Source: an uncultured Chloroflexia bacterium (lineage in GTDB: Bacteria; Chloroflexota; Anaerolineae; Anaerolineales; UBA4823). From it: DNA of 64,000 bases. The notes beneath the pieces were generated by a model. That model searched no databases. It was not told where the DNA came from and saw nothing but the letters and a program-made list of their open reading frames with translations. The stretch is from positions 449,014 to 513,013 of the forward strand of contig CAWELB010000002.1 of assembly GCA_963809805.1 (NCBI GenBank), written 5' to 3'. The position numbers were made by a program, and so were the translations under genes. Position 1 is the first letter of the stretch, and each line of letters begins with the position of its first letter. Below are positions 45,649 through 54,931 of the stretch, piece by piece.

Positions 45649-45672
45649 GTTCGAATCCCTCCAGGTCCACTA
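45649..45672 (+). other. tRNA (or tmRNA) 3'-end fragment: T-loop plus 3' acceptor strand only
   Basis: GTTCGAATCCCTC-CAGGTCC-A-cta corresponds to T-loop, T-stem 3' arm, 7-nt acceptor 3' strand and discriminator. No matching 5' acceptor strand (GGACCTG) or D/anticodon arms lie in the AT-rich sequence upstream. Confidence 0.55.
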
Positions 45673-45910
45673 AAAACCCCCATATGAGGTGTTTTTAGTT
45701 TAACTTTCCTCTATGGGGGTTATTGATTGAGACGGGAGATTTTTCAGAATTAAGTGTGCAATTATATACAGCGGGGTTATCCACATTGATTTTAAGACCC
45801 CCAAAACGTAGATAACCCCTTATGTTTCAACTGAGATCGGGCAACTGTCTCATCCATGGTATTGCAGACTGCGTTTTCCTTCAAAAAAGCAACGCCACAT
45901 TGTTGTAATT

Positions 45911-46657
45911 TTATAGAGGCACTTTCTTTGCCCCCGTAATGAGTGACGAATGGCGTGCCGGATCAAACGTCTCAAAGTACGATTCACCAATCGCTAATAG
46001 CCCTCGTTGAGGTATCCAGAAGTCTGCCAGATGAGCCTGAGGATGAACTGGTCCAGGTAGTCCGAGGTCTTCTCCAGCCAATACAGCTCGGCTGTCTGTG
46101 ATTGCCCATATTAAGCGCGGATTGGCTATGAATTGTTGTCTATTGGGGACACTTCCGTACATCCTGACGTGCCCTGCGCCTAACATCGGCCCTGCAATCA
46201 TTCCCATGGCTGCCAGGACCGCTGTGTTTTTCCATGCAGCTTTGGGAAGCATCCCCGCCATTGTGTTCATCAATCGTGTTGCTCCTGTCGGCCTGAGGCT
46301 TACTTCCCAATCCAGTGGTATCGCAGGGACGGCAACCCTGAAACGGAGCGGTGCATCCCACTTGATGTTAATCTCGGTTTGAATGAAGTCTGACGCTATA
46401 GCCCCGAAGTAACGCGGGCACGACTGGCGCGCGGGTGCGGTGGTGTAGAAAAACCACTCTCCAGCAGGATTGCGGTGCCACACAGAGGCATACCCTGGTC
46501 CGATGGAGGTGACCGTAAAGCGCCGCATAGCTAAGATGTGACCCGAAGTGAATGGGAGACCCATCCCCGCGTAACCGTTGAACCGTTCTTCAGACCCTGC
46601 TGGGAGTGTATGCATTGCTTCTAATTGCTCTACGAGTCCTTGAGGTTCCATGTTCAT
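45911..46657 (-). CDS. Hypothetical protein
   Basis: 248-aa ORF, last gene of a three-gene minus-strand unit. No motif recognised. Confidence 0.6.
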   Translation of the reverse strand: MNMEPQGLVEQLEAMHTLPAGSEERFNGYAGMGLPFTSGHILAMRRFTVTSIGPGYASVWHRNPAGEWFFYTTAPARQSCPRYFGAIASDFIQTEINIKWDAPLRFRVAVPAIPLDWEVSLRPTGATRLMNTMAGMLPKAAWKNTAVLAAMGMIAGPMLGAGHVRMYGSVPNRQQFIANPRLIWAITDSRAVLAGEDLGLPGPVHPQAHLADFWIPQRGLLAIGESYFETFDPARHSSLITGAKKVPL

Positions 46658-46701
46658 AGGTTGATGTATTCCTTTCCCCTTCTAAATATGGAAATCGTCC
46701 C

Positions 46702-47061
46702 CTAGAAATCCATTGATGCAGCTCCAGCCAATAGTTGCTCAATCACGCTTGCAGCCGTAACTATCTTTGCTCCAGGGATCAGATCTGATTCGGTGATTCC
46801 GCGCGGCTTGGTGCATGTGCCACAAGCCCAGATCGTCCCACCATTTTCAACGAAAGAGTGCATTACATCGCTGAGTGGTTGAAATCCTTCCTTGTGGATC
46901 CGTTCAGCATAACCTTTTGTAGCCAGCCAGGCTCCGTCAATGGTTAGAAAAACGATCGTCTCCTGATCCGCAGATGCAGCTACATTCCCAACGATAAAGG
47001 GTAGGGTAGCTCGTTCTGGATCATCTTCGCCATGCGTACAATTAATCAATAGCTTTGCCAT
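46702..47061 (-). CDS. DsrE/DsrF-like sulfur-relay family protein
   Basis: 119 aa. MAKLLINCTHGEDDPERATLPF...VFLTIDG...IWACGTCTKPRGI pattern is typical of the DsrE-like fold. Confidence 0.65.
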   Translation of the reverse strand: MAKLLINCTHGEDDPERATLPFIVGNVAASADQETIVFLTIDGAWLATKGYAERIHKEGFQPLSDVMHSFVENGGTIWACGTCTKPRGITESDLIPGAKIVTAASVIEQLLAGAASMDF

Positions 47062-47088
47062 GTTCTTATCTCCTTTTAGCTAAATGCT

Positions 47089-47796
47089 TTATTTTTTCAA
47101 TATGTAAAAAACCAATCCCTGGCCGTCGATTTGGTCCATTTTCAACAGCATGTTTCCAGAAAGTCGGCTCCAGGCTTCGATATCCTCCCTCGCAGAACTA
47201 TCGTCCACTCGGACTTCCAGTACCTGCCCGGAGTTCATTTCAACCAGTTTGTGCTTGATCAATGGTGTCAGAAGAGAACAGGTTGAACCTTGACCAGCGT
47301 TCGCGGTAAACTCCAACAGCGCATCAGCATGATGCCTCGATTCGGCTGGTGATATTGTGTATGTCGCTGAGGCGTTCACCAGGCTTATTGCGGGTGTGTC
47401 AGCCAGATCCTGGTCAGGTTGAAAACCACTGCAAATCAGCCTGAGCTGTTGTATCCGTCCTTCATAAACGGTGCAATATATTTGTTGTTCGATCGTGGAT
47501 GACACGCCATTCTCCCAACATCTATACCGGTAAAAAATTGCTAATTTCTCCCCCACCTTTGCCACGCGTACCTGTTCTTTTTCGATGGGATCGCAATCAC
47601 CGAACCAATCTTTAACCTTCTCGGTCAAGTCAATCGCGTTTTCCAACTGATAAATGCGGCTGGGCACCATCAGGATACTCTTGACATCTGGGTAGGAGAG
47701 CGTAGTCAGGTGGTTGAAATCCTTATCAAGGATCGCTTGAATCCATTCTTCACCCAGCTCCTGTACTGTCTTAACGTTCACCATTAATGCTTCCAT
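47089..47796 (-). CDS. Two-domain protein: NTF2/SnoaL-like N-terminus plus TusA/SirA-like C-terminus
   Basis: The C-terminal 75 aa align by eye to TusA: GSTCSLLTPLIKHKLVEMNSGQVLEVRVDDSSAREDIEAWSRLSGNMLL versus LRCPEPVMMVRKTV..M..GE.L...ADDP....DIP.F......L. The Cys is retained and the CPxP context is not. Confidence 0.5.
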   Translation of the reverse strand: MEALMVNVKTVQELGEEWIQAILDKDFNHLTTLSYPDVKSILMVPSRIYQLENAIDLTEKVKDWFGDCDPIEKEQVRVAKVGEKLAIFYRYRCWENGVSSTIEQQIYCTVYEGRIQQLRLICSGFQPDQDLADTPAISLVNASATYTISPAESRHHADALLEFTANAGQGSTCSLLTPLIKHKLVEMNSGQVLEVRVDDSSAREDIEAWSRLSGNMLLKMDQIDGQGLVFYILKK

Positions 47797-47911
47797 TGAT
47801 ATCCTCCTTATATCGGTTCAGTCAATATCCATGGTACCGATGATGGATAGGATATCAAATATCACGGTGATATTCATCGGGAAAACCCCCTATATTGGGG
47901 AATAAGCATCC

Positions 47912-50515
47912 CTATTTTATGGGTGGGAAGATATTTTTTTGCCTGGCTGCTGCTACTGCTTCAAGGCGGGAATGAACATTTAATTTTGCTAAAATTGTAG
48001 AAATATGATGATCCACAGTTTTTGAAGATATGGATAGACGCCCCGCAATTTCTGCGTTGCTCAAGCCCTCGACCAATAAAGCCAGGACTTCCATTTCACG
48101 TGGGGTCAACCCTTCAGGGTTGGCTTTGGTTCCTGTCCTTGGTCCCCTTGGAAGACTCTTCACACCTGCTAAACGCATTTTTTCTCGCAGAGCTCTTGCC
48201 GCTGGTTGTGCCCCCAATTGTTCGAAGATTGCCAGAGCTTCAATTTGAGCAGGGGCATCCCCTTCAGATAGAGCCATTGCTTGCTCGAATGTGCATTTTA
48301 GCTGGGCCCAGGCATTAGCTGCTTCTCGCCATTGGCCCTGGATCATCCACCGGTAAGGATCTGCAAGAAGTTCCACCGGGATGCCTGTTATGCCAGCGTG
48401 CCAAAGCCAATAAGCCAATTGACCCAAAGCCCAAGGGGCCTGACTCTTAAGCGCAAGCTCATAACCAGGGAGTGCCTCTTTATATACCTGGTCAATATCT
48501 CCGCGCCACCAGGAGGCCTCAGCGCAAGCAGCTGCCAGTGGCCCGATCCGTTGCAGTTCTGCGGTAGGCATTGCCAGGCTGCGAGCCTGTTCAAGCCACT
48601 CATTTGCATCAATATCTCCTCGGCGGACTTTTAGATGGCCAAGGACGATCAATGCTGGGATAGGAATCACTGATTCTCCCCGGTGCAGGCGGAGAGCATC
48701 AGTAGCTTCTTTTTCGGCTTTCTTCCAATTACCTGTCTCAAAATCCAACCGTGCTAGCCAGCCCATCAGGTAAACCCGATATGAATCCAGGTCATGTTCT
48801 CCCATGTAAACCAGTCCCTGGTTCAGCCAATCCATGGCCTGAGTATATCTACGATCCTGAACAGCTAGCGATGACAGGTTGGCATAAGCTCGACCCACAT
48901 GATCATGCAACTCCTCCAGCTTAGCCATCTCAAGTGCTTGGATCAGGTGATCCCAGCCGATCTCTTCTCTTACCTGGATCTCGGCAGTACCGACATTAGT
49001 CAGCGCATGTACCAGGACTTCGGCTGCATTCAATCGCTTAGCCAGATCGACAGCCTTTTCACCCCAGAGCCTTGCTCCTGTGTTATCTTCACTGAGTACG
49101 TCCAGCTGAGATTGGTTGCTGTAAGCCATAGCAAGCTCGAGTCCTGGAGGTAGCTTTTCCAGAATTTCTATTGCTTCCCTGGCGTATTCTTCAGCGTTCT
49201 TATTCTGACCCGCAAACCATGAGAGCCGCGAGAGCCAGCGCAGGTCGTTCCCCTCTTCCTTCGGACGCCGCATATTTTTCCAAATACTTGCGGCCTCCTG
49301 TCGGGCATGAATCGCAGTATTGATCTCCCCGGTCAGATAAGATTCGAATGATAAACCTTCTAATAGCTCGGCGCGTTTCTCTTGGGTCAAAGTTGGAACA
49401 ACAGATAAGACAAGCTGGTAGTGGGTAGCGGCCTCGCGGTGGGCACCCAATCGACTGGCCTGTCTGGCTGCCTGAGGTGCCCATCGAAGGATTACATCTA
49501 AATTTCCGCCGAGCGCAGCATGATGGACCAGCCTGGCCAGGGATACCGCTTCAGGATCACGTTTCAACAATGCGTGCAAAATTTGGGAATGAAGGAATCG
49601 AGCGTGTCCAGGTGAGAGGGAGTTCTCTACTGCTTGCCGTGCTAATTCGTGCCGATAGGTCAGGATTTCTCCATTCCAATGTAAGACACCCACCTCCACG
49701 CATTCATCAAGTGCCTCAGTTGGAGTCTGCAAACCCTGCTCTAAAATCCAGATTTCGATACCCCCTGGCGAAAGGGCAACCAGTTCAGCCAGCTCACGGG
49801 CATTGGCTGAAAGTCGGGAGACACGCCCCACTACCAGGTCTCGCACAGAAGCAGGCACCCCTTGTGATTCACTTTCCAGCATTTCCCTGACGAAAAATGG
49901 GTTCCCGCCGGTCACTGTAAATAAACCCTCTGACGTGCGCTCAGCATTCTGTGCCATTATGGCAACAGTATCCTCGGATAAAGCCGTCAGGGAAATTCGA
50001 ATGGTTATCCGATGTGGCAAATCTCCAGTCAGACGCCAAAGCAAGTGACGACTGTCGAGTTCATCATCTCGGAAGGTCAGGATCAAAAGAATCCGGCTGT
50101 GCTGGATGCGCCTGCCGAGGAATTTGAGCATATCAAAGGTTGCTTCATCGGCCCAATGAATATCCTCGATAACCAGGATAACCGGCGAGTCTCTTCTACT
50201 GAGTTCGGCTAAAAATGCATTGGCAACACGGAACCAATCCTGGCTGGTGTTGAGTAGATCGAGCAAACCAGATTGCATTTGAAAAGCGATGTCGCTAAAT
50301 GGACCGAGCGGCCGGGGCGTGAAGAGGGCATCACATTTTCCCCAATAGACGGTGGTGGACTTAGCCACCAGGGCGGTAAAATGCTCGACCAGGGTCGTTT
50401 TTCCAATCCCCGCCTCTCCACTGACCAACACAATCCGTCCATCACCCTTCCGAACTGATTCCAGGGCTTCATTTAGGGCTTGTAATGGTATCGCACGCTC
50501 AAAAAGTTCCATCAT
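47912..50515 (-). CDS. Large ATP-dependent LuxR-family regulator (AAA/STAND + TPR-like + LuxR HTH; LAL/MalT-like)
   Basis: 867 aa. Walker A GEAGIGKTT, Walker B LVIEDIHWAD, a long helical-repeat middle region, and C-terminal LTPREMEVLALLVEGLSNAEIAGRLSISSKTVDHHISTILAKL. Confidence 0.9.
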   Translation of the reverse strand: MMELFERAIPLQALNEALESVRKGDGRIVLVSGEAGIGKTTLVEHFTALVAKSTTVYWGKCDALFTPRPLGPFSDIAFQMQSGLLDLLNTSQDWFRVANAFLAELSRRDSPVILVIEDIHWADEATFDMLKFLGRRIQHSRILLILTFRDDELDSRHLLWRLTGDLPHRITIRISLTALSEDTVAIMAQNAERTSEGLFTVTGGNPFFVREMLESESQGVPASVRDLVVGRVSRLSANARELAELVALSPGGIEIWILEQGLQTPTEALDECVEVGVLHWNGEILTYRHELARQAVENSLSPGHARFLHSQILHALLKRDPEAVSLARLVHHAALGGNLDVILRWAPQAARQASRLGAHREAATHYQLVLSVVPTLTQEKRAELLEGLSFESYLTGEINTAIHARQEAASIWKNMRRPKEEGNDLRWLSRLSWFAGQNKNAEEYAREAIEILEKLPPGLELAMAYSNQSQLDVLSEDNTGARLWGEKAVDLAKRLNAAEVLVHALTNVGTAEIQVREEIGWDHLIQALEMAKLEELHDHVGRAYANLSSLAVQDRRYTQAMDWLNQGLVYMGEHDLDSYRVYLMGWLARLDFETGNWKKAEKEATDALRLHRGESVIPIPALIVLGHLKVRRGDIDANEWLEQARSLAMPTAELQRIGPLAAACAEASWWRGDIDQVYKEALPGYELALKSQAPWALGQLAYWLWHAGITGIPVELLADPYRWMIQGQWREAANAWAQLKCTFEQAMALSEGDAPAQIEALAIFEQLGAQPAARALREKMRLAGVKSLPRGPRTGTKANPEGLTPREMEVLALLVEGLSNAEIAGRLSISSKTVDHHISTILAKLNVHSRLEAVAAARQKNIFPPIK

Positions 50516-50722
50516 TTGAAATCCCTAGTGCAGCATAACCGATCTATTCAGTGTGGTAAAACTTTGTGATGGTATTTTTAACATTTGGAGAGGATATAAC
50601 TTTTTGGAGGGTACCAAATCACTTGATTACTAATGATTATAAGGCGAATCATAAAAATCAATCAGGAGATCTCTGTTGATAGGCTGGTTTTGCACAAAAT
50701 AAATAAGCATGCCGTTCACACA

Positions 50723-50757
50723 ATCAGAGCTCAACCATGCATCGGTTGAGCTCTGAT
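50723..50757 (-). terminator. Strong hairpin downstream of cpaF (end of the Tad operon)
   Basis: Arms atcagagctcaacc and ggttgagctctgat (14 bp) with a 7-nt loop, 30 nt past the cpaF stop. The U-tract is weak. Confidence 0.5.
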
Positions 50758-50787
50758 ATTTGAATAAACCTGCAGAACTATATTTGA

Positions 50788-52155
50788 TTAGAGGATTGTG
50801 CCTACATTAAAAATGTCTGCCGGTAGTTCAATACCATTGATCGCAAATTTTTCAGCGAACTTCGGTCGCAGTCCAGTGGATTTCAATCCACCCATCACGC
50901 GCCCGTTTTGGATGCCAGTCTGCTCGAACAGGAACAGGTCCTGCATAATGATCGTATCACTCTCCATGCCCTGCACCTCGGCGACGTGAACCACTTTACG
51001 CGTCCCATCCCGCAGGCGCTCCATATGGACGATCAGCTCAATCGCGGATGATACCTGCTCACGAATGGCACGCAGGGGTAACTCAAACCCGGCCATCAAT
51101 ACCATCGTTTCAATACGGCGTAAGGTATCACGCGGACTGTTGGAGTGGATGGTGGTCATGGAGCCGTCATGACCGGTATTCATTGCCTGGAGCATATCCA
51201 GGGCTTCACCCCCGCGGGCCTCACCGACGATGATCCGATCGGGTCGCATACGCAAGGAGTTGATTACCAGCTGGCGGATGGTCACCTCCCCTTTGCCTTC
51301 CACATTCGAGGGTCGTTTCTCCAGCCGCCCAACATGCTCCTGCTTCAGCTGCAGCTCGGCAATGTCTTCAATCGTAATAATGCGTTCGTTAGTAGGGATG
51401 AATGCAGACACGACATTAAGCAGGGTGGTTTTCCCGGAGCCTGTGCCACCCGAGATGATCATGTTCACCCGGGCTTCTACGCAGGCTTTCAAAAAGTTGA
51501 CCAGCTGGCTGGTTATTGTGCCATTGGCTACCAGGTCTTGAGAGGTAAATGGTGTTTGTGAGAACTTGCGGATGGTCATCATCGGGCCAATCAGCGAAAG
51601 GGGTGGGATGATCACATTTACCCGGTATCCATTGGGTAAACGGGCATCTACCATCGGAGAGGATTCATCCACCCGTCTCCCCAACGGTGCTACGATGCGA
51701 TCGACAATCCGCATCAGGTGAGCTTCATTTTCGAAGGTGACCTTGGTTTTTTCTACTTTCCCATACCGTTCGACATAGATATTGTCGAAACCATTAACCA
51801 TTACTTCAGTGATGGTTGGTTCCTGCAGCAGGGGTTCTAATGGACCAAATCCCAGGATGTCGGCGATCACCCAATCTAACAATCGACTGCGGACAGCACG
51901 GGTATATAACAGATTTTCTTCGGTAAGCACCCGAGTGAACAAGGTTTCGATCATCTGGTGCATTTGCGGGATGTGCGATAGATCGACTTCGCCATCGGCT
52001 TCAGCCAATAGTCGTCTCTGTACCCGATCCCGGATCATATATGCATCGGCTGAAATCTGATCGCCTGCGCCGTCCTTCTTGGCTTCAGCCAATACATCAT
52101 AATCAGCCTGTGAAATTGGTCGTCCGTTTTTAGCCGGTCGATTCGTAAACATCAT
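50788..52155 (-). CDS. cpaF: CpaF/TadA-family type II/IV secretion ATPase
   Basis: 455 aa. Walker [10 protein letters not shown], Asp box, Walker B IIVGEARG, His box [11 protein letters not shown]. Confidence 0.93.
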   Translation of the reverse strand: MMFTNRPAKNGRPISQADYDVLAEAKKDGAGDQISADAYMIRDRVQRRLLAEADGEVDLSHIPQMHQMIETLFTRVLTEENLLYTRAVRSRLLDWVIADILGFGPLEPLLQEPTITEVMVNGFDNIYVERYGKVEKTKVTFENEAHLMRIVDRIVAPLGRRVDESSPMVDARLPNGYRVNVIIPPLSLIGPMMTIRKFSQTPFTSQDLVANGTITSQLVNFLKACVEARVNMIISGGTGSGKTTLLNVVSAFIPTNERIITIEDIAELQLKQEHVGRLEKRPSNVEGKGEVTIRQLVINSLRMRPDRIIVGEARGGEALDMLQAMNTGHDGSMTTIHSNSPRDTLRRIETMVLMAGFELPLRAIREQVSSAIELIVHMERLRDGTRKVVHVAEVQGMESDTIIMQDLFLFEQTGIQNGRVMGGLKSTGLRPKFAEKFAINGIELPADIFNVGTIL

Positions 52156-52173
52156 GCCGTCTCCTGATTTTAC

Positions 52174-53922
52174 CTATGGAAGGGTTGGTATGATCAGCTG
52201 CGTATTGGGTGTCAACCGCGGCTGGTTATTCATATCATTAGCTGACAGGATAGCGGCTACCGTTGTGTTATAACGATGGGCGAGCATGGTCAGATAATCA
52301 CCGCTCTTCACCGTCACCACTACTGTCTGATCATATGCCTTCACCCGGTCATGGATCAATTTTTGATAGGCATAAAAAGCACTTTGATAGTCACCTGCAC
52401 CAGCAAGATAATCTGCATATACCAGGCTATCACTGAGGTTATTCTGTAATGCAACGATGCGTTCCCGTAATCCAATCGTATTCAACGCTTCCTGGTAGAT
52501 CTGCACAGCTTGTTGAAAATGGTTAAGTGATCCCTGTGCCTCGCCGATCATGATTTGGGCTTCGAAGGATAATGGTTCTGAGTCAGGTAATTGTTTAGCC
52601 AGGATGGCAGAGCGCTGAAAATCCTCCAGTGCCAGTGCGTATTCACCGGAGGCAACGAAATCCGATCCCCTGGCGATATAAGCATCGAACAGGGTTTGCA
52701 AGGCAGTTCCGTCTGCATATCCAGCATCTTGTCCGACCACATATTCAAGCTGCTCAATGACCGAATCCCACTTACTGCTGGAGAAATCGCTGATTGCTTG
52801 AACAAAAGTTTGTGCAAGCTGGAATTGGAGTAGAACGTTCGGGTCGTTCGGTCGCACAGCCAGTGCCAGAGAGAGGTATTGTTCTGCAGTTTTTTGTGCT
52901 TCCAATGAATCAGGTGAATTTGCCAGCGCCGCTTGCGCTTGACTGACATAATCATTGATAATTCCATCCTCAAGGACCATTCGAACCTGGGTTCGGGCTG
53001 CCAGGGCTTCACGATCCATGGGCTTGAGTGCCAGTGCCTGGCTGAAATAATTATCAACCTTTTTTAATATTTCTAAGGTTGGCACTGGTGAAAGTAGTAG
53101 TTCCTGAGCCGCCCTGATATAACTCTTGAATAAGTTTTCTTCAACATCGCTGGTTTTGAATGTTGGGTTCATGATGCGCAGCAATTCATAATTCGACACT
53201 GCATCCTCATAGCGGCCTTCAGAGAATGCCACCTGAGCTTGATCATACACACAAGTCATTTCCGATTGGGATTGCAAGCTCTGGATTTGTAATGACACAT
53301 CCCGATAATTTGGCATTTTCTGGCTGACTTGCTTTAGTATATCCAGGGCCTGGGCTGAATCGCCAAGCCTTAGCAGGTTCATTGCCTGGGTGTATTGAAC
53401 CTCAACATCTTTTAATAGTTGGGCACGCGTGATGGAATCGGCTAAACCAGGAAAGTCCGGTTTTTTGGCTTTGATCGCATCATAAGCTATTAAGGCTTCA
53501 TCGGGTTTACCTGCGATCATCAATTGTTGGGCATTATGCAATTCAATCGTCAACTCAGCCAGCTGCATATTCTGCGAAATATTTGATTGCGCTTTGGTTA
53601 ACTGTCCCTGAATCCAACCCGAGTATGTATATATGGCAGCGAAAGCGATGAGCAGGATTGCAACGGCTACTACAGTTCGTAGGCTGATTTTCCTAAGGCT
53701 TCGCATCCGGTTCCGGCGATTTTCTTCCAACTCATAGTCAGATATGCGTGAACGGACTTCCATTTCCTGCCGAATAGCCCTTAGGTCAGGTTCCATGGGG
53801 AAGTTTTTCTCTGCATCTGCTAATTTTAAGAAGCCTTCAATCCATCTTCCGACCCGAAAATGTCCCATGGCCTCATGGAATGACGGGGAATTCATAAAAG
53901 ATTCTGATTTACTCGAACTCAT
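52174..53922 (-). CDS. Membrane-anchored TPR-repeat protein with C-terminal LysM domain
   Basis: ATG 53922 follows the RBS ggaggt (track start 53952). One TM helix (VVAVAILLIAFAAIY). Long TPR-like repeats. C-terminal VKSGDYLTMLAHRYNTTVAAILSANDM...LTPNTQLIIP matches the LysM consensus. Confidence 0.8.
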   Translation of the reverse strand: MSSSKSESFMNSPSFHEAMGHFRVGRWIEGFLKLADAEKNFPMEPDLRAIRQEMEVRSRISDYELEENRRNRMRSLRKISLRTVVAVAILLIAFAAIYTYSGWIQGQLTKAQSNISQNMQLAELTIELHNAQQLMIAGKPDEALIAYDAIKAKKPDFPGLADSITRAQLLKDVEVQYTQAMNLLRLGDSAQALDILKQVSQKMPNYRDVSLQIQSLQSQSEMTCVYDQAQVAFSEGRYEDAVSNYELLRIMNPTFKTSDVEENLFKSYIRAAQELLLSPVPTLEILKKVDNYFSQALALKPMDREALAARTQVRMVLEDGIINDYVSQAQAALANSPDSLEAQKTAEQYLSLALAVRPNDPNVLLQFQLAQTFVQAISDFSSSKWDSVIEQLEYVVGQDAGYADGTALQTLFDAYIARGSDFVASGEYALALEDFQRSAILAKQLPDSEPLSFEAQIMIGEAQGSLNHFQQAVQIYQEALNTIGLRERIVALQNNLSDSLVYADYLAGAGDYQSAFYAYQKLIHDRVKAYDQTVVVTVKSGDYLTMLAHRYNTTVAAILSANDMNNQPRLTPNTQLIIPTLP

Positions 53923-53970
53923 GTTACCTCCAAAGATCCTTTGACCATCCACACGAGCAGGTATTCATAT

Positions 53971-54921
53971 CTATTTGGCACCGAATACATCCATCAATGA
54001 TGGTACGGCGGGGCCAAGGATAACTGCAAGTAGCGCAGGAAAGATTAATAATGCCATCGGGATGAGCATCTTGATTGGGGCTTTCTGTGCCTGTTCCTGT
54101 GCCCGAAACCGGCGCTCGATCCGCATTTGTTCCGCCTGGGAGTGCAAGGTATCACTGATGCTCATACCCAATTGTTCGGTCTGTAGGATCAAGGCTACGA
54201 AGCTGGCAATTTCGCGAATTTCCAGCCTATCCGACAGGTTCCTTAATGCATCCCGGCGGGTTAATCCCATTTCCATTTCATTGATCACTCGTCCAAACTC
54301 ATGACCAATTGGAGTGTCCCAATGCTCACTCACCCTTTGTAATGACTGGTCAAATCCCAACCCGGCAGTGGCGCACACACTGAGCATGTCTAATGCGTCA
54401 GGCAGGCCTTTTCGAACTCGATTCTGCCTATTATTTACCCGGCTTTGCAGCCATCCTTTTGGTAAATAATATAGTAGGATCAGGATTAATATGCTTAGCA
54501 GCACATTTACGGTTGTGGTTCCTCGCTGTATCACTAAAAATGCCAGGTATACTCCCAATAATGTCGAGGCCATACTTATGCCATAAAATTCCCTGGCTCC
54601 CAAATTCATTGGATTACCTGCAATGAGTAATTTTTTTGCCAGGTTCTCAATCGAAGACGCAGGGGTGATGCGGCCAAATAATCGCCCGACCCATCGAACA
54701 GCTGGGATGATGGTGCGGCTGACAAAAGAGCCAGTGATCTGTCTGGGTTGCATCCGCACTGCATTCGCTTTAGTTTGGAGCCCTTCCAATGGCGTTTCGA
54801 CATATTGCACCAGGCGTTTACTCAAGTTACCTGATCTCAACCAGCGCAGACTCAGAAATAGCACGGATATTCCTAAGATACCCAATACGATACTGATCGT
54901 GATTTGCATGATTAGCTGCAT
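53971..54921 (-). CDS. tadC: Type II secretion system F-family protein (TadC-like)
   Basis: 316 aa. T2SSF core (LPDALDMLSVCATAGLGFDQSL) with flanking TM helices. Confidence 0.85.
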   Translation of the reverse strand: MQLIMQITISIVLGILGISVLFLSLRWLRSGNLSKRLVQYVETPLEGLQTKANAVRMQPRQITGSFVSRTIIPAVRWVGRLFGRITPASSIENLAKKLLIAGNPMNLGAREFYGISMASTLLGVYLAFLVIQRGTTTVNVLLSILILILLYYLPKGWLQSRVNNRQNRVRKGLPDALDMLSVCATAGLGFDQSLQRVSEHWDTPIGHEFGRVINEMEMGLTRRDALRNLSDRLEIREIASFVALILQTEQLGMSISDTLHSQAEQMRIERRFRAQEQAQKAPIKMLIPMALLIFPALLAVILGPAVPSLMDVFGAK

Positions 54922-54931
54922 TGAGCTATCC

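Noticed and set aside
45600-45675. A complete tRNA gene ending at 45672.
   Set aside because: Only the T-loop and 3' acceptor strand are present. No complementary 5' acceptor strand, D-arm or anticodon arm lies upstream, and the end is CTA rather than CCA.
52548-53057. A 169-aa alternative-frame ORF, plus various 60-140-aa ORFs, inside the TPR-LysM, cpaF, LuxR and ATPase genes.
   Set aside because: They are nested within longer ORFs that carry clear family motifs. They have no independent start context or motifs.
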